Positions 1-10,097 of a stretch of DNA of 64,000 nucleotides are shown in pieces; position 1 is the first letter of the stretch; the number at the start of each line of letters is the position of its first letter. Under the pieces are notes generated by a model. That model searched no databases. It was not told the DNA's origin and saw only the letters and a list, made by a program, of their open reading frames with translations. A program made the position numbers and the translations under genes. The DNA is from Ignavibacteriales bacterium (lineage in GTDB: Bacteria > Bacteroidota > Ignavibacteria > Ignavibacteriales > DAOSCP01). The DNA lies in contig DAOSVM010000003.1 in NCBI GenBank assembly GCA_035379625.1, positions 334 through 64,333 on the forward strand, read 5' to 3'.

Positions 1-2052
1 GCGATTGGTTTTGGATATAATTTTTGGAAAATTTCCAATCCAAATATCGATAAACAAAACTTTTATACAGTAGGATTTTCATATAGACCTTTAAAATTTT
101 TCGCATTTGACTATGGTTTTTCTAAATCTCTTAAGTCAAATAAAGAATTAAATTATGGAGCAATAGGAATTAGACCTTTTTCAACAGATATCTTAACTTT
201 ATTTGCTGATGGAAGTATTATAAAAGATCGAAAAGATTGGTCATATGGGATATCATCAAATTTTATTGATGGGATTAAACTAATTGCATCTTTCAATTCT
301 AATCATTTTATCAATTTAGGAATTGCACTGGAATTAAATAATTTTGGTATATCTACATCATATAAATCAAATTCTGATAATTATAATAAATTAACAACTT
401 TTCGTATTGGCAGCTTCCATGCTAATTCAATATTAAACAAAATTGAAGAAAAATATTCAAATAACTTTGTTAAATATGATTTCAACAATACAATAAAGTA
501 CCAAAAATACATATTGTTTGATAATTCTTATACATTGCTTAATCTATTAAATGAATTTGAAAAAATCAAAAATGATCCTACAATAAAAGGAATTCTTATA
601 AACACATCCGGGCTACAGGCAAACCGAGAATTTTTGTGGGAATTGCGTGAAAAACTGTTAGAATTAAGAGAAAACGGAAAGAAAATTTTAGTTTACATTG
701 ATAACGCTAATATTGATATTTACTATTTTGCTACCGGTGCTGATAAAATAATTATGGATCCGCAGGGAATGTTATCAATAACTGGATTTGCAGCTGGAAG
801 AAGTTACTACAAAAATATGTTGGATAAAATTGGGCTTGGAATAGACGAATTGAGATTCTTTAAATACAAGTCTGCTGTTGAAAATTATTCAAGGGATAAA
901 CAATCCGAAGCTGATAGTATACAACGATACAGAATGATTGAAGTTTTTTATAATGTTTACAAAAGTGATATTACTAAAGCACGCAACTTTAAACCTGAGC
1001 AATGGGATAGTCTAGTAAATAAGTACATTTATTATTTACCAAGTTTCGCTTTAGAAAATAATCTTGTTGATAAAATTGCTCGCTGGAGCGAAATTGAAGA
1101 TGAAAAAGAACTTTTCAACGGTAAACCACAGTTTAAAAATATAAGTATCAGTCAGAACACTACTACTTGGGGAAAGAAAAAGAAAATTGCAATAGTTTAT
1201 GCTATCGGTGCTTGTTCAATGGATGATGGAATTACAGCAAGAAATCTTGTCAATGATATCAAAGCTGTGATGACAGATGATAATATTGATGCAGTGATTT
1301 TAAGAGTAGATTCACCTGGCGGGGATCCTTTAGCTTCTGACCTAATAGCCGAGGTAATTAGAAAATATAAACACAAAAAACCAGTTATCATTTCTCAAGG
1401 AACAGTTGCTGCATCAGGTGGTTATTGGCTTTCTATGTATGGCACAAAAATTGTTGCATCTCCGTTAACTATAACAGGTTCAATTGGCGTAATTAGTGCT
1501 TGGATTTATGACAATGGGTTAAAAGAAAAATTAGGTATTACTACTAGCAAAATGAAAATTGGTAAATTCGCTGATATGAATTTCCCATTTACTTTACCAA
1601 TTTTACCAATTGGAATTCCTGATAGGGCTTTAACAATAGAAGAAAGACAACAGATGGAAACTGGAATTAAAATAATGTATAAAGATTTTGTAACAAAAGT
1701 TGCAAACGGAAGAGATTTAGATTTTAATTATGTTGAACCTATCGCTCAAGGAAGAATATGGATGGGCGAGGACGCTAAAAATATAAAATTAGTTGATGAA
1801 ATCGGCGGGCTTGAAAAATCTATCAAAATCGCTAAAGAATTAGCAAATATTTCATCAAATGAAGAAGTAACTATAATCGAAATGCCAAAAGAGCGACTAT
1901 TTAATATTGATATTATGTCGTTTATTGGATTCAAATCATATAATAATTTGGAAAAATATTTTTTATTATCTAAATTAGTACAAGAGATTAATAACAAACC
2001 TAGTACCATTTTACCATTAGACTTATATTTTGATTATATATTATCAAATTAA
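1..2052 (+). CDS. sppA: Signal peptide peptidase SppA, 67K (tandem S49) type, 5'-truncated by the window edge, with an extra beta-strand-rich N-terminal extension
   Basis: Frame +1 is open from nt 1 to the stop at 2050-2052, and the other two + frames hit stops within about 70 nt. The ORF track starts only at an internal TTG (514). There are two ClpP/crotonase-like S49 halves; the second has VDSPGG and the catalytic-Ser context QGTVAASGGYW. Confidence 0.8.
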   Translation, partial: AIGFGYNFWKISNPNIDKQNFYTVGFSYRPLKFFAFDYGFSKSLKSNKELNYGAIGIRPFSTDILTLFADGSIIKDRKDWSYGISSNFIDGIKLIASFNSNHFINLGIALELNNFGISTSYKSNSDNYNKLTTFRIGSFHANSILNKIEEKYSNNFVKYDFNNTIKYQKYILFDNSYTLLNLLNEFEKIKNDPTIKGILINTSGLQANREFLWELREKLLELRENGKKILVYIDNANIDIYYFATGADKIIMDPQGMLSITGFAAGRSYYKNMLDKIGLGIDELRFFKYKSAVENYSRDKQSEADSIQRYRMIEVFYNVYKSDITKARNFKPEQWDSLVNKYIYYLPSFALENNLVDKIARWSEIEDEKELFNGKPQFKNISISQNTTTWGKKKKIAIVYAIGACSMDDGITARNLVNDIKAVMTDDNIDAVILRVDSPGGDPLASDLIAEVIRKYKHKKPVIISQGTVAASGGYWLSMYGTKIVASPLTITGSIGVISAWIYDNGLKEKLGITTSKMKIGKFADMNFPFTLPILPIGIPDRALTIEERQQMETGIKIMYKDFVTKVANGRDLDFNYVEPIAQGRIWMGEDAKNIKLVDEIGGLEKSIKIAKELANISSNEEVTIIEMPKERLFNIDIMSFIGFKSYNNLEKYFLLSKLVQEINNKPSTILPLDLYFDYILSN

Positions 2053-2061
2053 GAGGATTAT

Positions 2062-2598
2062 TTGCTAAGAATAATCTTAAATAAATTTGTTATTTTATTT
2101 TTATTCGCAAATTTAAGTGCTAGTCCATTACAAACTTTCGATGAAGCTGAAATAAAAGCAGCCATATTTCAAAAAATACTATATTATATAAATTGGCCGC
2201 CATCAGCTTTTGAGCAACAAAATAATTTTGTTATCGGCATTGCTGGTAATGATTTAGTTAGTAAACTATTATTGCAAAATCTTAATAATACCGTAATAAA
2301 CGGTTATAAAGTGATCGTTAAACCTGTTGATAACCATGATAATTTAGCGAACTACCATGTAATTTATTTAACTAATTTAAACAAAAACATTGCTAAGAAA
2401 ATTGCTATTACTGCTTCTTATCATCCTGTTCTTTTAGTAGCTAATGAAATGCAAACATATGATTTGAATTTTCATATTATTTTATACACACTTGAAAATA
2501 AAGTAAAATTCAAGGTTAATCCTGACGCTGCTAAGAGTGTGAATTTAGTTATAAGTTCTAAAATTATACAGTTATCGAGAAAATTCGAGGAAAATTGA
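2062..2598 (+). CDS. YfiR-like periplasmic protein (DUF4154 family)
   Basis: N-terminal signal peptide and a size and sequence pattern typical of DUF4154/YfiR. Its TGA overlaps the ATG of the downstream sensor kinase (TGATG), the usual YfiR-plus-sensor arrangement. Confidence 0.6.
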   Translation: MLRIILNKFVILFLFANLSASPLQTFDEAEIKAAIFQKILYYINWPPSAFEQQNNFVIGIAGNDLVSKLLLQNLNNTVINGYKVIVKPVDNHDNLANYHVIYLTNLNKNIAKKIAITASYHPVLLVANEMQTYDLNFHIILYTLENKVKFKVNPDAAKSVNLVISSKIIQLSRKFEEN

Positions 2599-3701
2599 TG
2601 CCTTTGCTGAAATTGAAATCCATTAAATCAAAATTTATTTTTATTGTATTGTTAATTACATTACTACCTTTATTATTAGGTTATATCACATTATTTTTTA
2701 AAGATATCAATAGTATCAAAGAAAATACAATAAAATCAGCAATTTCGACTTTAGATCTTGTATGTGAAAATCTTGTTGCTCCACTAGACTTCGATGATAA
2801 AGCTGAGGCTACTAGACAATTAAAAATTGCAACTAGATTAGATTTTATTTCCGGTATTAGAGTATACGATAAGAATAATGAATTGTTTGCTAAATACGGC
2901 AATGAATTCTCACTAAAATTCAATAATTCTAAAGATAATGTTTTATTAAATAATAAAATTTACATTTTAAGACCAATTAAATACGAGAACAAACATTTAG
3001 GACATTTAATAGCCGAAATAGAACTCAACTCTCTATACGCTGAAATTAGGAATTACATAATCTTTTCACTCATTATTATAATAATTATTATTGGTATTGT
3101 TGTCCTTATTTCATTAAAAGCACAAGAATATTTCTTAAGACCAATTTACTTCCTAAATTCTACTTTCAGTAAAATAAGTCAAAGTGGAGATTATAAATTA
3201 AGAATAACAAAACCATCCTCTGATGAATTTGGCATTCTCTATGATGGTGTTAATAATATGTTAGAACAAATTTCTAAAAGAGATTCTGAAAAGAATAAAA
3301 TACTTAAAGAACTTCTTGACAGTGAAAAATATAACCGTACACTATTTGAAACAATTCCAATAGGGCTTGCTGTTATAGATTTTAATGGTAATTTAATTGA
3401 CATAAATCATGAATTTTCTAATATTTTTGGCTATTCATCAACCGAAATAAGTGAATTAAATTTATGGGTTCTACTTAATTTACCAACATCTGAACAGGAA
3501 AGAATTATCCAAGATCTTAAAAAATTTAGCACAATAGACGTTACAGAATATCCTGTTTATGCGCAAAACGGTACACCTAAAATCATACGATTTGGAACTA
3601 CACTTACTAATATTGGTGACAACGAATATATATTAGCTTATTGTGAAGATATAACTCAACAAAAAGAAGCCGAATTAGCTGTTAATAAAAAATCAAGATA
3701 G
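2598..3701 (+). CDS. Sensor histidine kinase, N-terminal fragment (TM - extracytoplasmic domain - TM - HAMP - PAS); reading frame is broken at 3687-3701
   Basis: Two hydrophobic segments flank an extracytoplasmic domain of about 140 aa, followed by a HAMP-like linker and a PAS domain (NRTLFETIPIGLAVIDFNGNLIDINHEF). It ends inside an inter-PAS linker with no kinase core. Confidence 0.75.
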   Translation: MPLLKLKSIKSKFIFIVLLITLLPLLLGYITLFFKDINSIKENTIKSAISTLDLVCENLVAPLDFDDKAEATRQLKIATRLDFISGIRVYDKNNELFAKYGNEFSLKFNNSKDNVLLNNKIYILRPIKYENKHLGHLIAEIELNSLYAEIRNYIIFSLIIIIIIIGIVVLISLKAQEYFLRPIYFLNSTFSKISQSGDYKLRITKPSSDEFGILYDGVNNMLEQISKRDSEKNKILKELLDSEKYNRTLFETIPIGLAVIDFNGNLIDINHEFSNIFGYSSTEISELNLWVLLNLPTSEQERIIQDLKKFSTIDVTEYPVYAQNGTPKIIRFGTTLTNIGDNEYILAYCEDITQQKEAELAVNKKSR

Positions 3702-3885
3702 ATATGAAGCTTTAATAAAAAATACTTCTGATGTAATTTTAGTTTGTGATGCCTACGGTACTATTACATACGCAAGTCCTTCAACAACTACAAACCTTGG
3801 TTTAGAAATTAAAAATGTTTTACAGACAAAAATTCATTCAATAATAAATAAAATTATATCTCCAAATAACACTTTAGATGAGATA

Positions 3886-5703
3886 TTGTCAAATACTAAC
3901 ATAAATGAAACTCAAATATTTCAATTTATTTTTGAAGTTGAAAATTCTAAACCAAAGTATTTTGAAGCTATTTGCACCAATTTATTAAAAAATAGTGCTG
4001 TTAATAGATATATTTTCAATATACGTGATATTACTGAAAGAATACTTAAAGAAATTGAAAAACAACTTAAAACTAAAGAACAAATTTATCAATCTGAAGC
4101 AAGATTCCGTGTAATCTCAGAAAATGTCCCTGATGTAGTAACTATTGTTGACTTGAATTATAATATTTTGTACATTACTCCTTCAGCACAAAACTTGTTT
4201 GGAATTTCGCCTAATCGTTTAATTAACTCTGATATAAAAATCTTATTTGAAGAAAATAACTTAACTCAGTTCATCACTCAATTTGAGGAAGTGCAAACTA
4301 ATTTTGAACATAAAACAAGTGAATATAAGCTCAAAAAACTTGATAAAAACAATTTAAGTTTTACCGCTGAAATTACAACAGGTTTAATAGTTGACGATGA
4401 AAGTGCCAGAGTTGTTGTAACTATAAGAGATATTGAACAGAAAAAATTAGCTGAAGAAAAATTAAAAGAATCTGAAGAAAGATTTCGATTTTTAGCAGAA
4501 ACTACTGGTGATGCCCTTTATAGATATAGATATGACACATTGAAATACGATTATCTTAGCCCAGCCATAAGTATCCTTACTGGTTATACATTCGATGAAT
4601 TAAATTATATAGGTTTTGAAAACATAATTTTAGAAGTTGAATATCCAGAACAGGAATTTCCAAATGTTTTTATGCCAGAACTCAACGAAACAAATACAAG
4701 ACTAATAGCTCAGTATAAAATAAAGACTAAAAATGGCGATGAAAAATGGTTAGAAGATCACGCGTTTATATGGAAAGAAAACGAAAATATTGTTGGAACT
4801 GTTGGTATTTTACAAGATATAACGCAAAGAAAAATTCTTGAACAAAAATTGAAAGAGAGGAATACAGAACTCGAAAGAACACTTGAAGAATTAAAACAAA
4901 TGCAATCTCAATTAATTGTTACTGAAAAATTAGCTTCAATTGGTCAGCTAACAGCAGGAGTAGCGCATGAAATAAATAATCCATTAGGATTTGTTTCTAG
5001 TAACTTGAACCGATTTGAAGAATATTTTTATGATTTATATGATGTATACAAAAAATGGGCAGAATTACGCGAAATATTAAGAAGTATTGCAGAATTTACA
5101 ACTGCTATAGATAATATTGAAAAATTTGAGAAAAAAGTCGATGTTGAATATATTTATAACGATTTTTCACACTTGATGCAGAATAGCAAAACTGGCATTC
5201 AGAGAATTAAATCGATTGTTGAGTCACTTAGAGGTTTTTCATACTTAGGTTCCGCAAGTGTATCTTTAGCAAACATAAATCAAGCAATTGATGAAACTAT
5301 TGTTATGGTATGGAACGAATTAAAATACAAAGCAATTATTGAAAAAGATTATTCTGAAATACCAGAAATTGTTTGCAATATTGGCGAAATTAAACAAGTA
5401 TTCGTTATTTTACTGATAAACGCATCTCATGCAATTGAAAGTAATGGAATTATAAATATAAAAACTTATAATGATAATAAATACATATATGTTGAAATAT
5501 CCGATAATGGAATTGGAATACCTGAAGAAAATTTACATAAAATATTTGATCCTTTTTTTACCACAAAGCCTGTTGGTAAAGGTTCAGGATTAGGTTTATG
5601 GATATCAGCAACGATTATTTCTAAACATAATGGAGAAATTAGTGTAAAAAGCCAAAAAGGTGTAGGTACAACTTTTTTAATTAAATTACCAATTAATGTT
5701 TAA
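3886..5703 (+). CDS. PAS/PAC sensor histidine kinase, C-terminal fragment (PAS x3, HisKA, HATPase_c); this frame is actually open from 3679
   Basis: H-box AGVAHEINNPL, N-box LLINASHAI, G1 DNGIGIP, G2 GKGSGLGL. The frame is open upstream of the TTG at 3886 and there encodes a canonical PAS start (RYEALIKNTSDVILVCDAYGTITYASP). Confidence 0.85.
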   Translation: MSNTNINETQIFQFIFEVENSKPKYFEAICTNLLKNSAVNRYIFNIRDITERILKEIEKQLKTKEQIYQSEARFRVISENVPDVVTIVDLNYNILYITPSAQNLFGISPNRLINSDIKILFEENNLTQFITQFEEVQTNFEHKTSEYKLKKLDKNNLSFTAEITTGLIVDDESARVVVTIRDIEQKKLAEEKLKESEERFRFLAETTGDALYRYRYDTLKYDYLSPAISILTGYTFDELNYIGFENIILEVEYPEQEFPNVFMPELNETNTRLIAQYKIKTKNGDEKWLEDHAFIWKENENIVGTVGILQDITQRKILEQKLKERNTELERTLEELKQMQSQLIVTEKLASIGQLTAGVAHEINNPLGFVSSNLNRFEEYFYDLYDVYKKWAELREILRSIAEFTTAIDNIEKFEKKVDVEYIYNDFSHLMQNSKTGIQRIKSIVESLRGFSYLGSASVSLANINQAIDETIVMVWNELKYKAIIEKDYSEIPEIVCNIGEIKQVFVILLINASHAIESNGIINIKTYNDNKYIYVEISDNGIGIPEENLHKIFDPFFTTKPVGKGSGLGLWISATIISKHNGEISVKSQKGVGTTFLIKLPINV

Positions 5704-5710
5704 GGTGTGA

Positions 5711-6874
5711 ATGGAAAATACTAACTTAAAATTGCTTATTGTAGATGATGAACAACCAATATTATCTGCTCTAAAAAGCCTTCTTAGAAAAGAGAATTAT
5801 GATATTTATACTGTAGACAATCCGAAAGAAGCTATCAAATTATTATTTACCGATAAATTTGATATTGTCATTTCTGATATGAGAATGCCAGAAATCAATG
5901 GAATCGCTCTTTTAGAAAAAGCTGCAGATTTTAACCCAAATTCATATCGTATTATTTTGAGTGGTTATGAAGATAGAAATATTGTTTTTGGCGCTATTGC
6001 TTCCGGATATGCTCATGCTTATATGATGAAACCCTGGGAAGATCAATTTTTGAAAGATGTACTTTCTCGCTCAGCAAAAATTGTAGAGAATGTAGTAAAA
6101 GTTGACAACAAAATTCTTCTTTCAAAGCTTAATTCTTTACCTACAGAATCAAAGTTTTCTGAGTACATTAGTAATATTATCAATGATGAAGATATTTCTA
6201 TAGATAAATTATCTGAAATGATTGTAAAATCTCCGGCTATTCTTTCCAAACTTCTACATTTATCAAACTCTGTTTATATAGGCTCAATTGGAAGAATTAC
6301 TACTGCTAAAGAAGCCATACATTTCCTAGGTATTAATTATGTTGTTACTCTTTTAAATAGTTTTGAGTTTATTAATAGCTTTTATAATACATTACCCCCG
6401 ATAATTAAGTTTTTCTTAGATTCATGGTTAGAAATATCTTCTAAGAGAGCAAAGATAGTAGAGATGATTATACAATCTAATGAAAGTTCTACCAAAAATG
6501 AACGCGATCTTTCAGTTATAGTTGCAATGTTTTGGGATCTTGCTATACTAATTGAAGCCTGTTTATTCCCAGATCATTTCATTAAGATTTTAGATAATAA
6601 TTATAAAGTTACCAGGGAAAATGCTTTAAAAAAATTTGGTGATAACTTTTATTTTCTTGGAACATTACTCTTGGAAATTTGGAATTTCCCATATATTATT
6701 ATTGAACATATAAATAATTTAATTACTAGTAATTTTATTAGTAATATTGAGCAAGCAGTATTATTAAGTGACTGCATTGTCACAAATTCTGAAATTCCAT
6801 TAAATTTATCTTCTGAAATAAAAGAAAAATTACTATATTGGAAATCAAAAACAAATTTTAATGAAGCCATATGA
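5711..6874 (+). CDS. Response regulator, receiver domain fused to an HDOD domain
   Basis: REC motifs (LIVDDE, IVISDMRMPEING, KPW). The C-terminal half has an HDOD-like pattern (LPTESKF..., KSPAILSKLLHLSNSVYIG, KEAIHFLGINYV). Confidence 0.8.
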   Translation: MENTNLKLLIVDDEQPILSALKSLLRKENYDIYTVDNPKEAIKLLFTDKFDIVISDMRMPEINGIALLEKAADFNPNSYRIILSGYEDRNIVFGAIASGYAHAYMMKPWEDQFLKDVLSRSAKIVENVVKVDNKILLSKLNSLPTESKFSEYISNIINDEDISIDKLSEMIVKSPAILSKLLHLSNSVYIGSIGRITTAKEAIHFLGINYVVTLLNSFEFINSFYNTLPPIIKFFLDSWLEISSKRAKIVEMIIQSNESSTKNERDLSVIVAMFWDLAILIEACLFPDHFIKILDNNYKVTRENALKKFGDNFYFLGTLLLEIWNFPYIIIEHINNLITSNFISNIEQAVLLSDCIVTNSEIPLNLSSEIKEKLLYWKSKTNFNEAI

Positions 6875-8115
6875 ATGTAAATTTTGTACCTAATAAAAAA
6901 GTTCTTTATATAGATGACGAAGTGCATTTATTACATGCTTTTAAAGCGTTAATGAGAAAACAAGATGTAGAAGTATTTATATTAGAAGATTCTACAAAAT
7001 TTCAAGAAGAAATTGAGAAAAACGGTCCATTTGCAGTAATTTTATGTGATCAAAGAATGCCTGGCATTAAGGGTGTAGAAATATTAGAAAACCTTGCTAC
7101 TACTCATCCCGATACTATAAAAATACTCATTACCGGATTTTCTGATTACAACGATACTTTAAGAGCCATTAATAGTGGAGGTATATCCCGCTATATACAA
7201 AAACCTTGGAATGATGCTGACTTAAAAAATACAATATTAGAAGCAGTAAATAATTATAACCTACTACAAGAAAATAAATACCTTATAGATGAGCTAAAAA
7301 AGAATAATATTTTACTTACCGATCTTATTGATGGTGCGTTGGTTAAAACTGTTAAGCTTTTAAGCGATGTCTCAGGTTTCTCTAATCCTGAAGCAGCAGC
7401 ACAAACTAACCGAGTAAAAAAACTTGGAATGGCAATCCTTGCAACTTATAAAGATTTATCATTTGATACAAAATGGCATATAACTTGTGCATTTGAATTG
7501 TTCAATCTTGGTATTGCTTTATTACCAGCTTGGTTGCAAGTTGCTTTGGCAAAAGGTGGATTAGCTACTTTAAGTCGTTTTCCTGCTGCAAAAAATCATA
7601 ATATACTTGCGGCTAATTTACTTGAAACAATTCCGCAATTTTCTCCTGTTGCTGAAATTATAAAACTATATACAAAAAATTTTGATGGAACAGGTGAGCC
7701 TGAAGATATCAACATATCAGGTGATAATATACCATTTGGTGCTAGATTATTAAATATTGTTATTGAATATGACAGATTAGCAAATGAAAACTTCAAAGGA
7801 GAAGCTGTTCTCCGTGATATGATGCAAAGACCAAATAGACATGATATTAGAATCATAGAGCATATTCTTCAACATTTAAGACCTCAACCTCAGGATAAAT
7901 CTATTATCACACCATCTGAAGAGCCAATTAATTTAACTATTTCACAATTGTTGCCAGGTATGATATTAGCAAACGATATAGTTTCTGAAAATGGAACGAA
8001 ACTTTTAAGTGCTAATACCATTATTAGTGATCTTGAATTGAACTTCCTGAGAATTTGGAGTAGTGCACGAAACGAAAAAATTAAAGAACCTATAACAGTT
8101 CTTTATAAAAAATAA
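6871..8115 (+). CDS. Response regulator, receiver domain fused to a degenerate (probably inactive) HD-GYP-like domain
   Basis: REC motifs (YIDDE, VILCDQRMPGIKG, KPW). The C-terminal region aligns by eye to HD-GYP (FDGTGEP...IPFGARLLNIVIEYDRL) but lacks the HD and HHE metal ligands. Its ATGA start overlaps the upstream gene. Confidence 0.75.
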   Translation: MNVNFVPNKKVLYIDDEVHLLHAFKALMRKQDVEVFILEDSTKFQEEIEKNGPFAVILCDQRMPGIKGVEILENLATTHPDTIKILITGFSDYNDTLRAINSGGISRYIQKPWNDADLKNTILEAVNNYNLLQENKYLIDELKKNNILLTDLIDGALVKTVKLLSDVSGFSNPEAAAQTNRVKKLGMAILATYKDLSFDTKWHITCAFELFNLGIALLPAWLQVALAKGGLATLSRFPAAKNHNILAANLLETIPQFSPVAEIIKLYTKNFDGTGEPEDINISGDNIPFGARLLNIVIEYDRLANENFKGEAVLRDMMQRPNRHDIRIIEHILQHLRPQPQDKSIITPSEEPINLTISQLLPGMILANDIVSENGTKLLSANTIISDLELNFLRIWSSARNEKIKEPITVLYKK

Positions 8116-10059
8116 TTATATTGTTCCTAAAATGCTTAAAGCTTGATCTATACCAAAATGCGTACCAGTTATCACGAGTGTATCTTTAGGTAAAATTATT
8201 TCATCCCCACCAGGATTAGAAATAGTTTTACCATCTCTAATTATTGCTATTATTGTTGTTCCAGTCTGTGCTCTTAAATTTAATTCTGATAATTTTTTAT
8301 TAACATTAGGATTGTCATCTGTTAAATAAATTGTTTCTGTTGCTCCTTGAGCTAATATACTTTCAACAATTGAATTTATATTAATTTTACTTTCTTTTTC
8401 TCTGAGGAATAAATATCCTTCGTTTCTAAATAAAGCCACTTGTTTCATAATAATATTCAATGGGATATGATATTTTTCTAAAACCTTACTAAATACCTGT
8501 AAAGATGTTTCATATTCTTCTGGTATAACAACATCAGCACCAAGTTTTAACAATATTTGCACCTCAGATACAAACTTTGTTCTTACTATTGAGTATATAT
8601 TTTGATTTATTTTTCTTACAACTTTAAGTATTTGCTTTATTGCACCGTAATCAGATATTGCCATTACAACAACCTTAGAGTTTTTAATCCCAACTGATAA
8701 TAAAATTTCTTCTCTGGTTGCATCACCAAAAACTATATTCTCAACGTTTTTATATTTTTGAACTGTATCAGGATTCAATTCAAGAATTACATACTTAATA
8801 CCAGTTTCTCTTAAAACTCTTGCTAAATTTTGCCCTGTTATCCCGTAACCGATAATTATTACATGATCTCTTAGAATAATATTTTGATTTTTTTCTGTTT
8901 TTTCTGGCAAAATTTTTATATTTTTTTTACTTAAATTTGAAATTAAAAAAGGAGTGATCATCATCGAAATTACTGTTGAACTCATTATTATATTATATTG
9001 ATATTGGGATAAAATATTATAAATATCACTATATTGTAAAATTAAGAAAGAAAACTCACCAATTTGCCCTAGCAATAAGCCAGAAATGAATGCAACCCTT
9101 GAAGGGAAACCGTATAATCTCACTATAGCATATACTACAATAAATTTTAATATTATTATGGTAATCGTAACCAGACAAATGGTAATGATATGTGATATAA
9201 AAAAATTAATTTCAAATAACAAACCAATTGCGACAAAGAAGAAGATATTTAAAATGCTTTTAAATGGTAGTAAATCGGCTATAATTTGATAATTATAATC
9301 AGAATCACTTAAAATTATTCCTGTTATCAAAGCTCCAACAGCTAAACTAAAACCGATGTAATGAGTTATAGTTGAGATAAAAAGTATTAAAAAGAAAATG
9401 CCTAAAGTAAATATTTCACTTGATTTAAACCCTGCAATAAGATGAACTATTTTGGGGACTATAAATTTTGCTGCGACAAAAATTCCAGCAATAATCAAAA
9501 ATGAAATTAATATTTTAATTGCTAAACCTGATGTACTATATTCTATATTATTTGTACCTAAAAATGGTAAAACCATCAAAACTGGAAGAACAAGTAAATC
9601 TTGTAAAATACTAATACTAAAAGAAATATTCCCTTGTGGTGTATCAATTTCATTTGTACTAATTAAATGATTCATTATAATAGCTGTGCTAGACATTACT
9701 AATGTAAATCCTATAAATAGACTGTTTTTTAAATTGTAGATAATAAAATACGATAAAATTGTAACTATAATAACTGTTATGACAAACTGACCTGTACCTA
9801 AAATTGTTACATACTTACCAAATTCTTTTAGTTTATTTATCGATAATTCTAATCCTATGAAAAACATCAGAATTGTTATACCTATTTCAGCTAATACCTG
9901 AATTGTTTCTTCATTGTGAATAACACCCAAGCCATTTCTCCCAAGTATTATTCCCAAAATAATGAAGCCTACAATACTAGGAACTTTAACTTTTTTAGTA
10001 AAATACAAAACTGGAATAGCAAATAGAAATAACAAAGATATTTGTGTAAATATTTGCAT
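8116..10059 (-). CDS. Monovalent cation:proton antiporter-2 (CPA2, Kef-type) with C-terminal RCK (TrkA-N/TrkA-C) domains
   Basis: Membrane domain with about 12 TM segments, then a Rossmann motif (VIIIGYGITGQNLA) and a TrkA-C-like tail. Confidence 0.85.
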   Translation of the reverse strand: MQIFTQISLLFLFAIPVLYFTKKVKVPSIVGFIILGIILGRNGLGVIHNEETIQVLAEIGITILMFFIGLELSINKLKEFGKYVTILGTGQFVITVIIVTILSYFIIYNLKNSLFIGFTLVMSSTAIIMNHLISTNEIDTPQGNISFSISILQDLLVLPVLMVLPFLGTNNIEYSTSGLAIKILISFLIIAGIFVAAKFIVPKIVHLIAGFKSSEIFTLGIFFLILFISTITHYIGFSLAVGALITGIILSDSDYNYQIIADLLPFKSILNIFFFVAIGLLFEINFFISHIITICLVTITIIILKFIVVYAIVRLYGFPSRVAFISGLLLGQIGEFSFLILQYSDIYNILSQYQYNIIMSSTVISMMITPFLISNLSKKNIKILPEKTEKNQNIILRDHVIIIGYGITGQNLARVLRETGIKYVILELNPDTVQKYKNVENIVFGDATREEILLSVGIKNSKVVVMAISDYGAIKQILKVVRKINQNIYSIVRTKFVSEVQILLKLGADVVIPEEYETSLQVFSKVLEKYHIPLNIIMKQVALFRNEGYLFLREKESKININSIVESILAQGATETIYLTDDNPNVNKKLSELNLRAQTGTTIIAIIRDGKTISNPGGDEIILPKDTLVITGTHFGIDQALSILGTI

Positions 10060-10097
10060 TTTTTATATTATATTTGAAGTTAATTTTGGTTTTTTAA

